A stretch of DNA of 34,686 bases from Chiloscyllium plagiosum (Eukaryota), in assembly GCF_004010195.1 (NCBI RefSeq), contig NC_057718.1:15431407-15466092 (forward strand), given 5' to 3'. The notes under the pieces were generated by a model. The model was not told the origin of the DNA. It worked only from the letters and a program-made list of their open reading frames with translations, and did no database searches. The position numbers were made by a program, and so were the translations under genes. Of the stretch, positions 10,568-22,654 are shown in pieces. Each line of letters starts with the position of its first letter. The first letter of the stretch is position 1.

Positions 10568-10660
10568 TCTTAACCACCCTGTCTACTTGTACACACATTT
10601 CAAAGGTGTTCTGGTGTGCACAGTAAATGTCTTATTCTGTAAATTATTCTTTCCTTATAG

Positions 10661-10790
10661 AATACCCACCCAGAGGGTCTTGTGTCCATACTTAAAAAAA
10701 GAAATTCGGACAAAGAAATCACAAGGGTGCAACAGAAGCAGTCAAAAAGGAGAGTAAGATTTCAGGAACCCCAAGACACACTAGAGCAAG
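10661..10790 (+). CDS. CNST: Consortin penultimate coding exon
   Basis: Acceptor ttctttccttatag and donor AAG|gtaagg. 130 nt encoding NTHPEGLVSILKKRNSDKEITRVQQKQSKRRVRFQEPQDTLEQ, matching recalled consortin EGLVSILKKR...KRRVRFQE. Phase 1 joins (G+AT=Asp) to the exon at 13170. Confidence 0.92.
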
Positions 10791-10892
10791 GTAAGGTAGC
10801 ATTCTATGGTGCTTTGTTTGCATGTATCTAAATTAACATTCTGAATGGGTTGCAAGGCCTCAAATTTTGGTCAGTTGAGTGTAAACTTAATT

Positions 10893-10983
10893 AGGAGAAA
10901 GTGAAGACTGCAGATGCTGGAGAGTCAGTGGTGCTGGAAAAGCACAACAGGTCAATGCTGTGTTTTTCCAGTGCCCCACTTTT
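10893..10983. mobile_element. Miniature fold-back pLTR terminus
   Basis: Begins with the PLE terminus aggagaaagtgaagactgcagatgctgg. Inverted arms ctggaaaagcaca / tgtgtttttccag. Confidence 0.65.
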
Positions 10984-11220
10984 CATCTCGAAATCAATTG
11001 TGCTAGATCATAAATCTAATTGTGTTAACTATGACAGTATTTAGAGATTACAGGAGTGGTATGAAAACTAAAAGTCAAAAAGTATACCTGTCTAATTAGT
11101 AGAATTTCAAATGATATTTTGGTTGGTGTAATAATGAAGTACTAGTACAGAATTGCTAAGCAAGTATTAGTGAATGAATCAACCTTTTCTTTTCCCCGAA
11201 TATGTAAACACAGCTGTTCT

Positions 11221-11930
11221 TCATGCGGAGAAGCTGGAGTAGGGCTAGGGTGGACAAAGTTAAAAATCACACAACACCAGGTTATCGTCCAACAGGTTTA
11301 TTTTGAAGTACTAGCTTTCAGAGCACTACTCCTTCATCAGATAGCTGTGTACCGAGATTATAAGACACAGAATTTATAGCAAAAAATTATTGTCATGCAA
11401 CTGAAATGATATATTGAATAAACCTTAGATTGTTGTTAAGTTTTTCATCTTTTAGAATGGGTTGCAGGTTTCGGATCATGAATATGTAAATCCCAGAACT
11501 ATTTAAGTCACATTCTCGAGATAACTTAAGGTTTTACTTTTAAAAAGTGACAGCACAGCTCAAACAATGCATTAAAAGGTGTGAGGTTACAGTCTCTGTA
11601 TTTCAATCTTGAGTCAGACTGGTTCTATTTCCAAAGTAGGGATTTATAAAACATTACATGGATTGACTGCCTGCAGGTTGTGTGTTTTTTGAGTAAAATA
11701 GAATGTATCTGCAAATATAATTCTACAAATGCAATTTCACCCCATAGACCTGTTTGTGCGTGCATGTGAGAGAGAGAGTGTGTGAGTGCACGTGAAAGTG
11801 TGTGTGCGTGCACACTTGGTAGTGTGTGCGTGCACACTTGGTAAAGTGTGCGAGTGTGATGCAGCATAAGCCTGTGTGTGCGCACATGGGTGTGTGTGGG
11901 GGTTATGTGGGTGTGTATGAGAGAGGGTCT
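11221..11930 (-). mobile_element. Penelope-like element 3' region and pLTR with a hammerhead motif
   Basis: Minus-strand CUGAUGA-A-GGAGU-AGU-GCUCU-GAAA-GCUA at 11312-11340. Homologous to 7611-7735. The right boundary is uncertain. Confidence 0.7.
11750..11930. repeat. Degenerate (GT)n/(GA)n tract with a tandem 22-mer
   Basis: gtgtgtgcgtgcacacttggta occurs twice, at 11800-11821 and 11822-11843. Confidence 0.85.
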
Positions 11931-13169
11931 CACCAACATTCTTCTTCCTGACATTTTCCCATGTTTCCAGAAAATGTTTATCACATACCTGTCTGGTATT
12001 TTAGAAATGTTTTCATGTCATTCAAATCAAGCATCCTTCAAGAACAATACACAAATTAGCTACGAAGTGTACAATGATAAGTATTAGTTTTCCTACATTT
12101 GCACTCTTCTTCCCATTTGTTTTTGTAAATTAACTTGTCTTTATGGAATTAGTAGTCTGTGATGTAGCACACAATTAGATATTATGCTTATCGATACTGT
12201 CAATTGTACCATATTATAAGTTAGTTTAAATATGCATGCTTTGTTCATCTTGTTCCCATGTCCCTTGTTATTATCCAACTACCAATCAAACCTTGAATGC
12301 TGGTGTAATTTCTGTTCGCTAGATAACTGGGAGTGAATTCCACAGTCTTACGACTCCCTGCATATCAAGGCCTCTTTTTTTTCTAAAGGGCTTTTATTGA
12401 GATTTTCTTGGGAACTCCCTCAACTTCCCAAATACCTTTCACAGCCTCCAAGATTCCATCCATTCTACTTACAGGGCAACCTCTCTCTCATTGGGGGGTT
12501 ACCCTAGGATTGGTTTTTTCACTATATTCGAGTTTTTGATGACAAATTCACCTGCTGTATGTAGAAATTCTTCTTGCCCATAGTCTTTCATTTCTTGCTT
12601 TCAAACTTTGTGTCCATGTTCTATTCTCCTGTTTTATATCCACAACTACTGATGGTGTGAATGTTAGTACCATCTATATGTAATTTAAAATATTTATGTC
12701 ACTTCATAATCTAAATAATGTTGAAGTGTTTCTTCATATTTTGTCATATTTGGCAATGCTAGTGAACCTCCTCTTATAAACAATATTCTCAGTGCGGAGC
12801 TCAGCATTTGTAAACCATAAACTTGTACAACTTCGAATGAGATTTTAGTTTATTAGCTGTTTTTTTTTTGCTTTTTATTACACTTAGAATTCCAATAGTC
12901 ACCCTGAAGCCTTGATTTATGGCTTTTATATGAACCTAGAAGGTGAATGGACTGAATCCTCAAAAATGAGGTCATGAATGGTTCTGAAATATTATTGCAG
13001 AGATTGATGGTTTGAAATACCAGTCAACAGAGAATGAGCAGTGTCTTTCGAAATATTTGCAAATTCAATTTTTCTGTTTGTCTCAAATTAGTGGACTGAG
13101 TTCAGCTATTGAGCTTCATTGTGATCACACTTCAACACACTGATTTAGATTTTTATTATTTTCCCTTAG

Positions 13170-13369
13170 ATGAAGTAAATGGAGATTCCTGCCTCCTTTT
13201 AGTTCTATTGTGCATTGTCACAGTACTTCTGAGTGTCGGAGGAACAGCACTTTATTGCACATTTGGTGATCTGGAGTCCAGTGTATGCAGAGACTTCACA
13301 ACACAAATGAACTTCTATTATGCTCAGTTCCAACAAGCTGTTGAGAAATTGAAGCTGTTATTTTCCTAA
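13170..13369 (+). CDS. CNST: Consortin terminal coding exon (C-terminal transmembrane domain)
   Basis: Acceptor ttattttcccttag. (D)EVNGDSCLLLVLLCIVTVLLSVGGTALYCTFGDLESSVCRDFTTQMNFYYAQFQQAVEKLKLLFS* matches the recalled consortin C-terminus (LSVGGTALYCTFGD). Stop TAA at 13367-13369. Confidence 0.95.
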
Positions 13370-16300
13370 AATGACGTATCTCCTTAAATAGAATTGAAGT
13401 AATTATGTAAGTCATGGTTCAGAAGGATTAGATGAAAAACTTGATAATCTTGTATGTGCTGCAATGCAATAACTGCTGTGAAATGCAACAATCACTAGGA
13501 CATAACACAGCAACGTCACAGCTGGAGTTTTGGCTCTCAACAAATCATAGCTTGACATGGCAAGAAAGGATAAATATGCAACTCCATTGAAGATCTTTGT
13601 GAAATGTGGGAACATAGCAGGCTTGCCAGTCACTTCCAGAAAATTAGCTTTTGTGTAATTTATCTTTTAAGGGTGACTGGTGAATAATTCATCATACAGA
13701 TGTGAATGAACATTTTTGTACATTGTTTTTGTAATAGGTTTTACTGATCAGTTTTAACATCCTTTTCCCTGTTTAAAAATGGTGGCAGTTGTAATCTATA
13801 TCGTTTTTTTTTCAAAACTATTTTAATTGTATTCAGGTTACTTTGCTGCCTCAACTCTTTAAATTATTTACAACTTTCCTTTTATGTTTAATTTGGTAGT
13901 GATATGGTTTGAAAATTAGTCTGATTTCACGTGTCAACCTCTTCATCTTGTTCCGATGATTTATCTCTGCAGCCCAGTCCAAAAAAATGCAAACACACAC
14001 GTGAATGTTTTGAAGCAGATTCTTACTGCTAAGGTGAAATTTTCTATTTTCATTTTATAATCAAATGTACATATCTCCTATTTGACAAGGTAAATCACAA
14101 AGTAAATGATTACCTCCTAACTGGAAGTGTGAATGAACAAGTAAGTTATGACTTTCTTTCGAAGACAATGAGAAAGCTTTCTTGTTATTGTTGGAATTTT
14201 GTTTTTTTCTTCCTTTTTAAATAATTTTGTAACTACTTTAACAAACTATATGCTGGTGTCCTGCTTTATGATGCATTGGCATTTTTTAACGTGGCAGTTG
14301 CATCAGGGTTTGTTGCAAAATATTATGCAGACAAAAGATTTTGGTTAATACCTCTGCTTTTTCCACACAGCAAATTCCCCCATTTGGTCTGAGAGACAGG
14401 GAGTTAGAAAGGGACTTTTAAATACAATCTGATTGTGCCTGGTCAACTCATTTTGAGCAGCATTGACCAGCACTTGTGTTTAGCTTGCCTGCCACTTTAC
14501 AGATCAGTGGTAGCTTACAATTGTTTATAAATTTATCATAGAATCCCTACAGTATGGAAACAGGCCCTTCGGCCCAGCAAGTCCACACCAATCCTCCAAA
14601 GAGTATCTCACCCAAACCCTAGTTCCATACCCTGTTACTCTATATTTACCCCTGACTAATATATCTAACCTAACCATCCCTGAACATTATGGGCAATTTA
14701 GCATGGCCAATTCACCTAGCCTGTACATCTTTGGATTATGGGAGGAAACCGGAGCACCCGAAGGAAACCCACGCAGACATGGTGAGAATGTGCAAACTTC
14801 ACACAGATAGTCACCCAAGACTGGAATCGAACCTGGGTCCCTGGTGCTGCGAGGCAGCAGTGCTAACCACTGAGCCACCGTGTCACCCTGTTATGCTGAA
14901 CATTCATGAGCTTGTTACTTAGAAAGCTGTCTTTCAATTTGGCATATTTTGTAACATTGATAGTTCTGTTTAGGTGGAAATCTTATTATTTTGCTGTTCA
15001 CTAGGTACTACAACTGAGATGGTTGAAAGGTGCAAGTCTGATCTATTATCAGGCTTCCACCCTTGCCAGCATTGTCTGCATATTGTGTTCCAAGATTACA
15101 TTGCTTAGTTTATCTCAAATTGCGAAGGACTGATCATCTGGTATAATATTGGGAGGATACATGTTTCAGGAGTTGGTGATTTATTACTAGTGCAGGAACA
15201 TGCTGTGTGCATTGAAAGAATTAACAATTTGAAGTTTGATTTCCTGTGCAAGACAAACATGCAGAGTCTTGCAAAATACGTGTGCTGACTCTTCTCAGAT
15301 GTATATTCTCAACTTTGATTTTGAAGTATGAAGTTATTAATTCAAGCCCATAAATTAATATTTTCAAAAACTACAATGCTTCAGAGCATTAAAAAAGATA
15401 CATTAAAAAAAGGATAATTACCTTACCACCCCCATGTCATTATACAGCATTTCTAAGCTTTGCTTCTATAACCTGTCTCCATTCATTGGATCTACATTGT
15501 GTATAATTCTTATTATTAATCAAAATAAGTGCTACAATTGCACAGGTTTCTCAGCATCTGAGAAAGAGACAAGTTAATTTTAAGGTCCAGAGACTTGCTT
15601 TGTGATCTTTTTCTGAACTTTTAACTTCAAGCTTTGGTTTTGTTGTTCGTGGTGGCGTTAATTCTGTGTTTAACAAGGCTGTATGTACATAGGAGTGAAC
15701 GATAACTAAACTTTTTTCATATGATGGTTCTGTATTAAATATTATTCTGGCACATTGGATATGGTGATTTGCCAGTAAATTTATTCCTCGACTTGAATGA
15801 TGTTATCAATTAAATTTTTCAGTAAAAGGGCCTTAAATTTTAACATAGTAACTTAACATATCTATGAAGTTGCCAGCTTTTAACCTGAACTGTATCATGG
15901 CGCATGATTATATGGCAGAATATATTAATCATGTGTTACTGGCTGGATCAGTGCACTGTTCTAAAAAGGTAATGATTGGGAAATTTAATTTATTTAATGT
16001 AAAATATGCTGTATGTAGAGCAAATCATGAGATTTATTTTCCTTCTGTTTTGTAAATTCAAATAACTGGCATGTTGACATTTAGAAATCTGTAAGATTGA
16101 GCTTTGTAATATTAGAGGTGGTTAACCTCTGAATTTGAGTGCTTAATGTACGATTTATTAAATTAATTTTGCCCCACTTATTGCATTCTTCACCAGAAAT
16201 ATTTTTAACACGTTCATCTTAATGTCATTAAGTCTCGTAATTTTATTAGTTTGAAATGTAAAACCTATACAAAGAATTGTGATTTGAAGATGGAATTATC

Positions 16301-16400
16301 TGTTGTAAAGTGAATCATGTAACTTGCATCACTGGTCATCTATTTTGAGATTGAAACTTGTGATTTACACTGATGTTAAATAGAAAATCAGGAGTTTAAC
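13370..16400 (+). other. CNST: Probable CNST 3' UTR (end not determined)
   Basis: T-rich, largely TE-poor sequence after the stop. I saw only ATTAAA-type signals (~15388, ~15734, ~16157) before the first AATAAA near 18165. Confidence 0.35.
14536..14888 (-). mobile_element. Full-length HE1-like tRNA-derived V-SINE
   Basis: A box tggctcagtgg (14867-14877) and B box ggttcgattcc (14823-14833). V-domain gtttgcacattctc...gtgggtttcc...ggtgctccggtttcctccca. CR1-like tail. Confidence 0.9.
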
Positions 16401-16529
16401 CAGCATTTTTGTTTTTCTCTTCATAAAGTAATTATTTTTAACTGTTTAAAAATCACTTGAACTGTTTTCAATTGCATTATTTTAAAACATGGCTTTCTTG
16501 GATGGAGTGAGTTATGAGTTTCCATGAAC

Positions 16530-16730
16530 TGGCAGCAGATATTGAACATCACCACTGGTAAATTCCTGTAAATGACTCACCATCCAGACTTGCAAATGTG
16601 TTGCCATTTCTTCACTGTCACTGAGTCAAACTTGCTGCTTAACAACACTGCAGTCTAAGGCTGCAGCTCAGCACTACCTTAGAGGGCAACAGATGATGGG
16701 TGATAACCAAAGTCCACGTCTTGAATGACT
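16530..16730 (+). mobile_element. 3' tail fragment of the LINE family seen at 40-712
   Basis: gactcaccatccagacttgcaaat...ttcactgtcactgagtcaaa resembles ~500-560. Confidence 0.55.
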
Positions 16731-19089
16731 TTCTTTAAAAACCAAGTTTTTCAGTTGTGAATTGACAGCCAATTGAAATGTAACCTGTTCATATATTGTG
16801 AAGTCCCAGTCTTCCCAATTGACTGAATCTAACACATAGCATCTCCTGACAAGGTAGAAAGGAAAGATTGTTGATAGTAACTCAGGTGCCTGTGACCTGA
16901 AACAGTGATGATAGAATGTTGTTTCTTTGGACTAAGCATTGGTGATAGGGTAACTGGCTGGCACAAGTTCTTAGTTAGTCATGGAATAGATATAGCTTCT
17001 GTCTTAATAGAAATAACTCCAGACACAGGAGGGAAGACAAAAAAAAGTGGTAAAAGGAAAATTCTTAAGTGCAAGGGAAGCAGCACTAATGGCAACTATG
17101 AAGTCAGCAAGGAAAATATGCAGTGCGAAGGATTCAATCAAAGCTGGAATCTGAAAAACTTAATCTTGCCTGTAGGTTTATAGATGGACCTGGGAAGGTG
17201 AATTCCTGCCATCTAGCATTGTAAAGAATGTAGACCACCGGAAATGGGCTTGTGAATTCTAGCTATAGTCATAAACTGTGGAAACTATGTAAGCTAATCA
17301 AAAAAGGTATTCCTGCTTATGTTATGGTCAAGAGTGTAGTTGTGCAAAATCAATTTAAATTCCATTGTTATGACAAATGTGTTTTTAAAAATTTCCAGTT
17401 ATTAAGATGACCAGTTAAGTACTCTTTTTCAGGAATTAAAATGCAAGATCTCTCAACCAAGTTTCTTAACAATTGTTGGTTTATACTCAAAGCAAAACCT
17501 TCAATATTGGTGCAATAGCTAGTTTACACAGGCAGTTGGTAATAAGAATATAAGTTTTGAGACACTCAAATACACAATCTTCATTAAAAGAGGGGAAAAA
17601 AAGACTAAACCTACTATTTTGAAAGAAACACACTGGCCAATGGGCTATTCTTGAAGGCAAAAAGGCAAAGCATTGAATCTTCAAGAGTCTATTGCTGAGA
17701 TGTTATGGGACATATGGTCAAGTCACTAATTACACAGTTGTCTTAGTCTTGCTGAGACTACTACAATCAGGAAATACAATTTTGATATTCTTCAAACACT
17801 AACAAATAGGTTACACCCTGAACATAGGTATAGACTTTTTGGCCCACCATATTGGTGCTAACAATGATGCCATTCTAATATAATCATATGTGTAGGGTCT
17901 GAGAGAGATCAGGTAGGCTTCCCTCTAACTCGACTGGAACTTGCAAGTTGTCCTCCAAACCAGATAAAATAAGAACCTTCTTCAAGTCACTGTTCAAAAC
18001 CTGAAGATGAGAAATTAATGATTTTAACAGTATATAATTAATCTACTTAGACTCATGTCAGGGATTCTTTCTTCACTAAGTTTACTATCCAAGTGGTTAC
18101 AGGTGTTTTGCTTCAGTAGCAATATACTATCCAGAACAGCTATGTTGCAAAAAACTTCTATCTCCAATAAACCAGGATAATTTCAAAGGATTATTTTATT
18201 AATATTCAATTCATGTGTGTAAATTAAAATAGAACAAGTGTTTACCACGTCACAAGTAAACGAAGTGTACTTTCAGTAGTGATTGAGGCAGATTTTGGTG
18301 TACCTATTGCATCTTTTCTATAGTTTAAGTTTACTCTGCTAAACAATTCTTTTGACTTCTAACCCTCTACTTTTGTCTGTGTCCATCCACAATTAACTTA
18401 AATTATTAATGCAATCTGTAAATCTAAATTGCCTTGAAGGATGAGTGTTAATGACTTGAAGCTTTACCAGCCTTTTATTCAAATGAAATGCCTTTAATTA
18501 TGCAAAAAAGCCTTTTCTCCTGATATTTTTCCCCTAAAGGTACATTGGGAAAGAATGTTAGAAACAAAAAATACTTTTGATAGGAATGAAGTTAAGCTAA
18601 ATTGTTTTACAATGAGTAGACAACAATATACTAAATTTCAACAATATTGTGCTCAGATGGGACTTCCCACACTTAAGCAACAAAATAAAATTACAGGTTT
18701 GATCATTGATCCACATCAATCCACAGTATATGAAAGATAGATTTTGTATTCCAAACAAACATGATCATTGCACTCTTGGGCATCTATAAAACTGTAAAAA
18801 AAGTTTTTGTACATGTTTGACAAAAGCCAAATTACTTCATTTCCCCTCAAACTCTTAATCAGATTTTTCTAATGGCATCATACTAACAATCAATTGTTCT
18901 CTCAAAACTGAGAAAGTATCTGTTACAGATACTTAAATTTTGAAGCAATAGTGTCATATCAAAATCATGATGGTTCGTTTGATCCTGATAAATTTGCTGC
19001 ACTGATTCAGTGCATTTTGGTGCATGTGACAAATAGTAGGGATTCTTGCATTTGGACAGAAATGTTTGGTGCCTGTGCTGCTAAAAAGT

Positions 19090-19177
19090 CCCTTGGATGC
19101 TACCTGAACTGCTGTACTCTTCCAGCACCACTAATCCAGAATCTGGTTTCCAGCATCTGCAGTCATTGTTTTTACCT
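19090..19177 (+). mobile_element. 88-bp Penelope-like pLTR terminus
   Basis: Near reverse complement of 9690-9775. Perfect 11-bp TSD tgctaaaaagt 19079-19089 / 19178-19188. Confidence 0.85.
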
Positions 19178-19591
19178 TGCTAAAAAGTACAACCTATCAC
19201 ATTTCCTGAATGAGAATAGGCCCTATTCTTGTATCAGTAGAAGTACTAAATATTTTTCTTTGCATTTTGTGTAATGATCACGTAACATCAGTTGGTCACA
19301 AGCCTCACTGTAATAAGAATTGGTGTGAAAAAGTTGGAATTTCCTTGTTTTCCAACAGTGAAACAATACCGAAATGGTACCTTTGAGAGAAAACCGTTTA
19401 TGTTTCTAGTCCTGTTGACATTTCATTAGAAGCAACTGGGACTTGCTGAGTTTCTTCAGCAATTTCCATTTTTGTTTGTTTCAGATACTCCATCTGAATT
19501 TCCTAATCATGCTTTAACTTTTTTTGCATTCCTGCTCACCAGTATGTAAACATTTTGCATTTTATATCACTTGTAATTTTAGTTATGTTGG

Positions 19592-20366
19592 TCATAGAGT
19601 CAGATGTATAGCACAGAAACCGACCCAGATATCCTAAATTAATCTAGTCCTAGTTGCCATTTCCTTCTAAATCCTTTTTATTGTATCTATTCAGATGCCT
19701 TTTAAATGTTGTAATCATATCTTTGGCAGCTCATTCTATACACTCACTACCCTTTGTGTGAAAAAGTTGCCCTTAAGGTCCCTTTTAAATCCTTCCCCAC
19801 TCACCCTAAACCTATGCCCTCCAGTTTTAGACACCCCCCACACCCATCCCACCCCAGTGAAAAGACCTTATCTACTTACCCTATCCATGCCCCTTATGAT
19901 TACATAAACCTCTAAGGTTACCACTCAGCCTCCAAAGCTCCATGGAAAACAGCCCCAGTGTACTCAGCCTCTCCTTACAGCTCAAACCCTCCAACCATGA
20001 CAACATCCTTGTCAATCATCTGAACCCTTTCAAGTTTCACAACACCCTTCTTATAGAAGGGAGACCAGAATTGCACATGCTACTTTGTGTGCAATATCCT
20101 AACCAATACCCTGTCCAGCTGCAACATGACCTCCCAACTCCTAGCATACTAAACACCTTCACTATCCTATCTACCTGTGATTCCACTTTCAAGGTACTAT
20201 GAACCTGCACCCCAATGTCTTTGTTCAGTAATCCTCCCCAGGATCTTGCCATTAAGTGCATAAGGCTTGCCCAGATTTGCCTTTCCAAAATGCAGCACCT
20301 CACATTTATCAAAATTAAAGTCCACCTGCCCCTCCTCAGCTCATTGGCTCATCTGATCAAGATCCT
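19592..20366 (-). mobile_element. CR1 3' fragment
   Basis: Minus frame DIGVQVHSTLKVESQVDRIVK. CR1 tail at the left end. Confidence 0.85.
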
Positions 20367-20612
20367 TAAGTGTATTTGTATAGTGTGGGTTGCACAGGCA
20401 TCAACTATCCCATTATAAAATAAATTACTGCATAAATGAGTTTTGGGTCTAACAGGCAGGAAGGGTGGAGCCTCAGCTCAATAGGAGCCTCAAGTTAGAG
20501 GAAACAACTGATTCAATGATAAATCTTTGTTTAATATTAAAACTTGCAAACAATAAGTCAATTGTATTTTTGTAATCTGAGGTAACCTTCTTCACTTCCC
20601 CTGATTTTAGTG

Positions 20613-21826
20613 TTATAAGACATCAGAGTGGGAGTAAAGCCATTTGGCCCATTGAGTCCACTCTGCCATTTCATCACAGCTGATGGGCATTTCAACTCCA
20701 CTTACCCACACTCTTCCCCATTGCCCTTAATTCCTTGCAAGATCAAGTATTTATCAAATCTCTGCCTTGAAGATGATTAACATCCCAGCCTCCACTGCAC
20801 TCCATGGCAACGAATTCCACAGGCCCACCATTCTCTGGCGGAAGAAATGTCTCCTCGTTTCCATTATAAATTGACCCCCCCCCTCTCTAATTCCAAGACT
20901 GTGCCCACAAGTCCTAGTCTCCCCACCTAACGGAAACAAATTCTCAGCATCCACCCTTTCTAAGCTATGCATCATCTTCTGTTTCTATTAGATCTCCCCT
21001 CAACCTTCTAAACCCTATGAATACAATCCCAGGATCCTCAGCCATTGTATGTTAGGCCTACCATTTCAAGATCATCTGTGTGAATCTCTGCTGGACATGC
21101 TCTAGTGCCAGTGTCCTTCCTGAGGTGTGGGGCCCAAAATTGGACAGTATTCTAAGTGGGGCCTAACTAGAGCTTTATAAAGTCTCAGAAGCACATCACT
21201 GTTTTTACATTCCAACCCTTGAGATAAATGACAACATTACATTTGCTTGCTTAACCACGGACCCAACCTGCAAGTTAACCTTTAGAGAATCCTGGACTAT
21301 CACTCCCAGATCCCTTTGTACTTTGTACTCTCAGTTTAGAAAATAGCCTGTGCCTGTATTTTTTCTTCCCCAAAGTGCAAGACCTTGTATTTGCTCATGT
21401 TGAATTTCATCAGCCATTTCCTGTACCCCACTCAAACTGTAAATCTTTCTGCAGCTCCCCACCACCTCAGTACCATCTGCCTGTCCACCTAACTTCGTAT
21501 CATCAGTCTCTTCATCCAGATCATTTATATATAAAAGTAAACAAATGCAGCCCCAATACTGAACCCTACAGGACACCACTTGTCACCAGCTGCCATTCTG
21601 AAAAAGAATCTTTTATCCTAACTCTCTGCCTTCTATCAGACAGCCAATCCTCAATTTATATCAGTAGCTCACCTCAAACACCATGGGCCCTCACCTTACT
21701 CAGCAGCCTCCCATGAGGCACATAATCAAAGGCCTTTTGGAAGTCTAGATAGATAACATCCACTAGGTTTCCCTGGTCTCACCTATTTGTTACCTCTTCA
21801 AAGAATTCTAACAGGTTTGTCAGGCC
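20613..21826 (-). mobile_element. CR1 3' fragment including RT
   Basis: Minus frames YINDLDEETDDTKLGG and RHFFRQRMVGLWNSLP. Confidence 0.85.
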
Positions 21827-21829
21827 TCA

Positions 21830-22045
21830 CACTATCCAGGACAGAAACACCTGCTCGATTGGCACCATTTTCAAAGATTAACTCTCCTTCACAGATGGTC
21901 AGTAGCAGAATGGGTACTATCTGCAATACACACTGCAGAAATTCACCAAGATTACTTAGAAGTGCCTTCCAAACACACGAACACTAATATCTGGAAGGGC
22001 AAGGACAGCAGATACATGGGGCTACCACCAGCTATAAGTGGAAAC
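21830..22045 (+). mobile_element. Fragment of the LINE family seen at 40-712
   Basis: gattggcacca and cactgcagaaattcaccaa are shared with ~328-425. Confidence 0.65.
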
Positions 22046-22083
22046 CATTGTTGACTGTAAAAGAAAATCTGGTTCATCAATAT

Positions 22084-22654
22084 TGTCACAAAGCTAGTCC
22101 TTTTTCCTAAAAGCTCAAGGATACTCTGTCCTTTATTTTTTTTGGAGGGGTAATAAACCAGGCCAGGCTCCAATCAGACTGGTTTGGTACAGAGATGAAA
22201 AGGATTTTGAGAGGCCTTTTGTTTGAGACTTCAGGCCAAAGTGGTCATGGTTTAGAAGTGACCTGTAGAATGAAAGGGGAGTGGTCAGCTCTCTAGCTGA
22301 GCAGTTTAGTTCAGTCCAAAACTGGTTGAGAGTTTGACAATGAGCTGTGAGGAAACTCTTCTGCCCTTCTAACTTCAACCTGTTCCGTGTTTTAAAGGGG
22401 GTTTGATTATTTGGAACTGTTGTGCATATTTGGAACAGCATAATTAAGTCTAATTTGGATAGACAGTTCTGTAGGGGTTTTTTATTCTGTTAGTGTTTCA
22501 TTGTGTAATTTTGTGAATAAATTTTGTCTTTTAAATCTGGTAGTCAACCTCACTAACTTAATCAGAGTAATTTTCACTGTACACTTACCAAAACAAATTG
22601 CAAAGGTATGGTCTGCTGAACAATGTTTTGGGTGGTCTGGCCTAGCCCACAACA
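22084..22654 (+). mobile_element. Solo LTR (571 bp)
   Basis: TGT...ACA termini, 4-bp TSD atat (22080-22083 / 22655-22658) and an internal AATAAA at 22516-22521. Confidence 0.7.

Larger units (their letters stand above)
8545..10606 (-). mobile_element. CR1 fragment split into three pieces (8545-8692, 9544-9689, 10568-10606) by two PLE insertions
   Basis: The pieces join colinearly once the inserts and one TSD copy of each are removed. Minus frame VKKAFSMIAFITQTFEYRSWDVILRLYRSFVRLLLEYCAQFWSPCY. Confidence 0.8.

Noticed and set aside
11625..11984. His/Thr-rich 119-aa ORF
   Set aside because: Translation of the (CA)n-like tract.
13109..13169. N-terminal part of the 86-aa ORF 13109-13369
   Set aside because: Intronic read-through. 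Consortin similarity begins at the acceptor (13170).
14810..14888. tRNA-like A/B-box sequence
   Set aside because: It is the head of a SINE, followed by a V-domain and LINE tail, not a tRNA gene.
16905..17183. 92-aa ORF and other short ORFs in 15800-24000
   Set aside because: No recognisable motifs or splice-consistent structure. Expected by chance.
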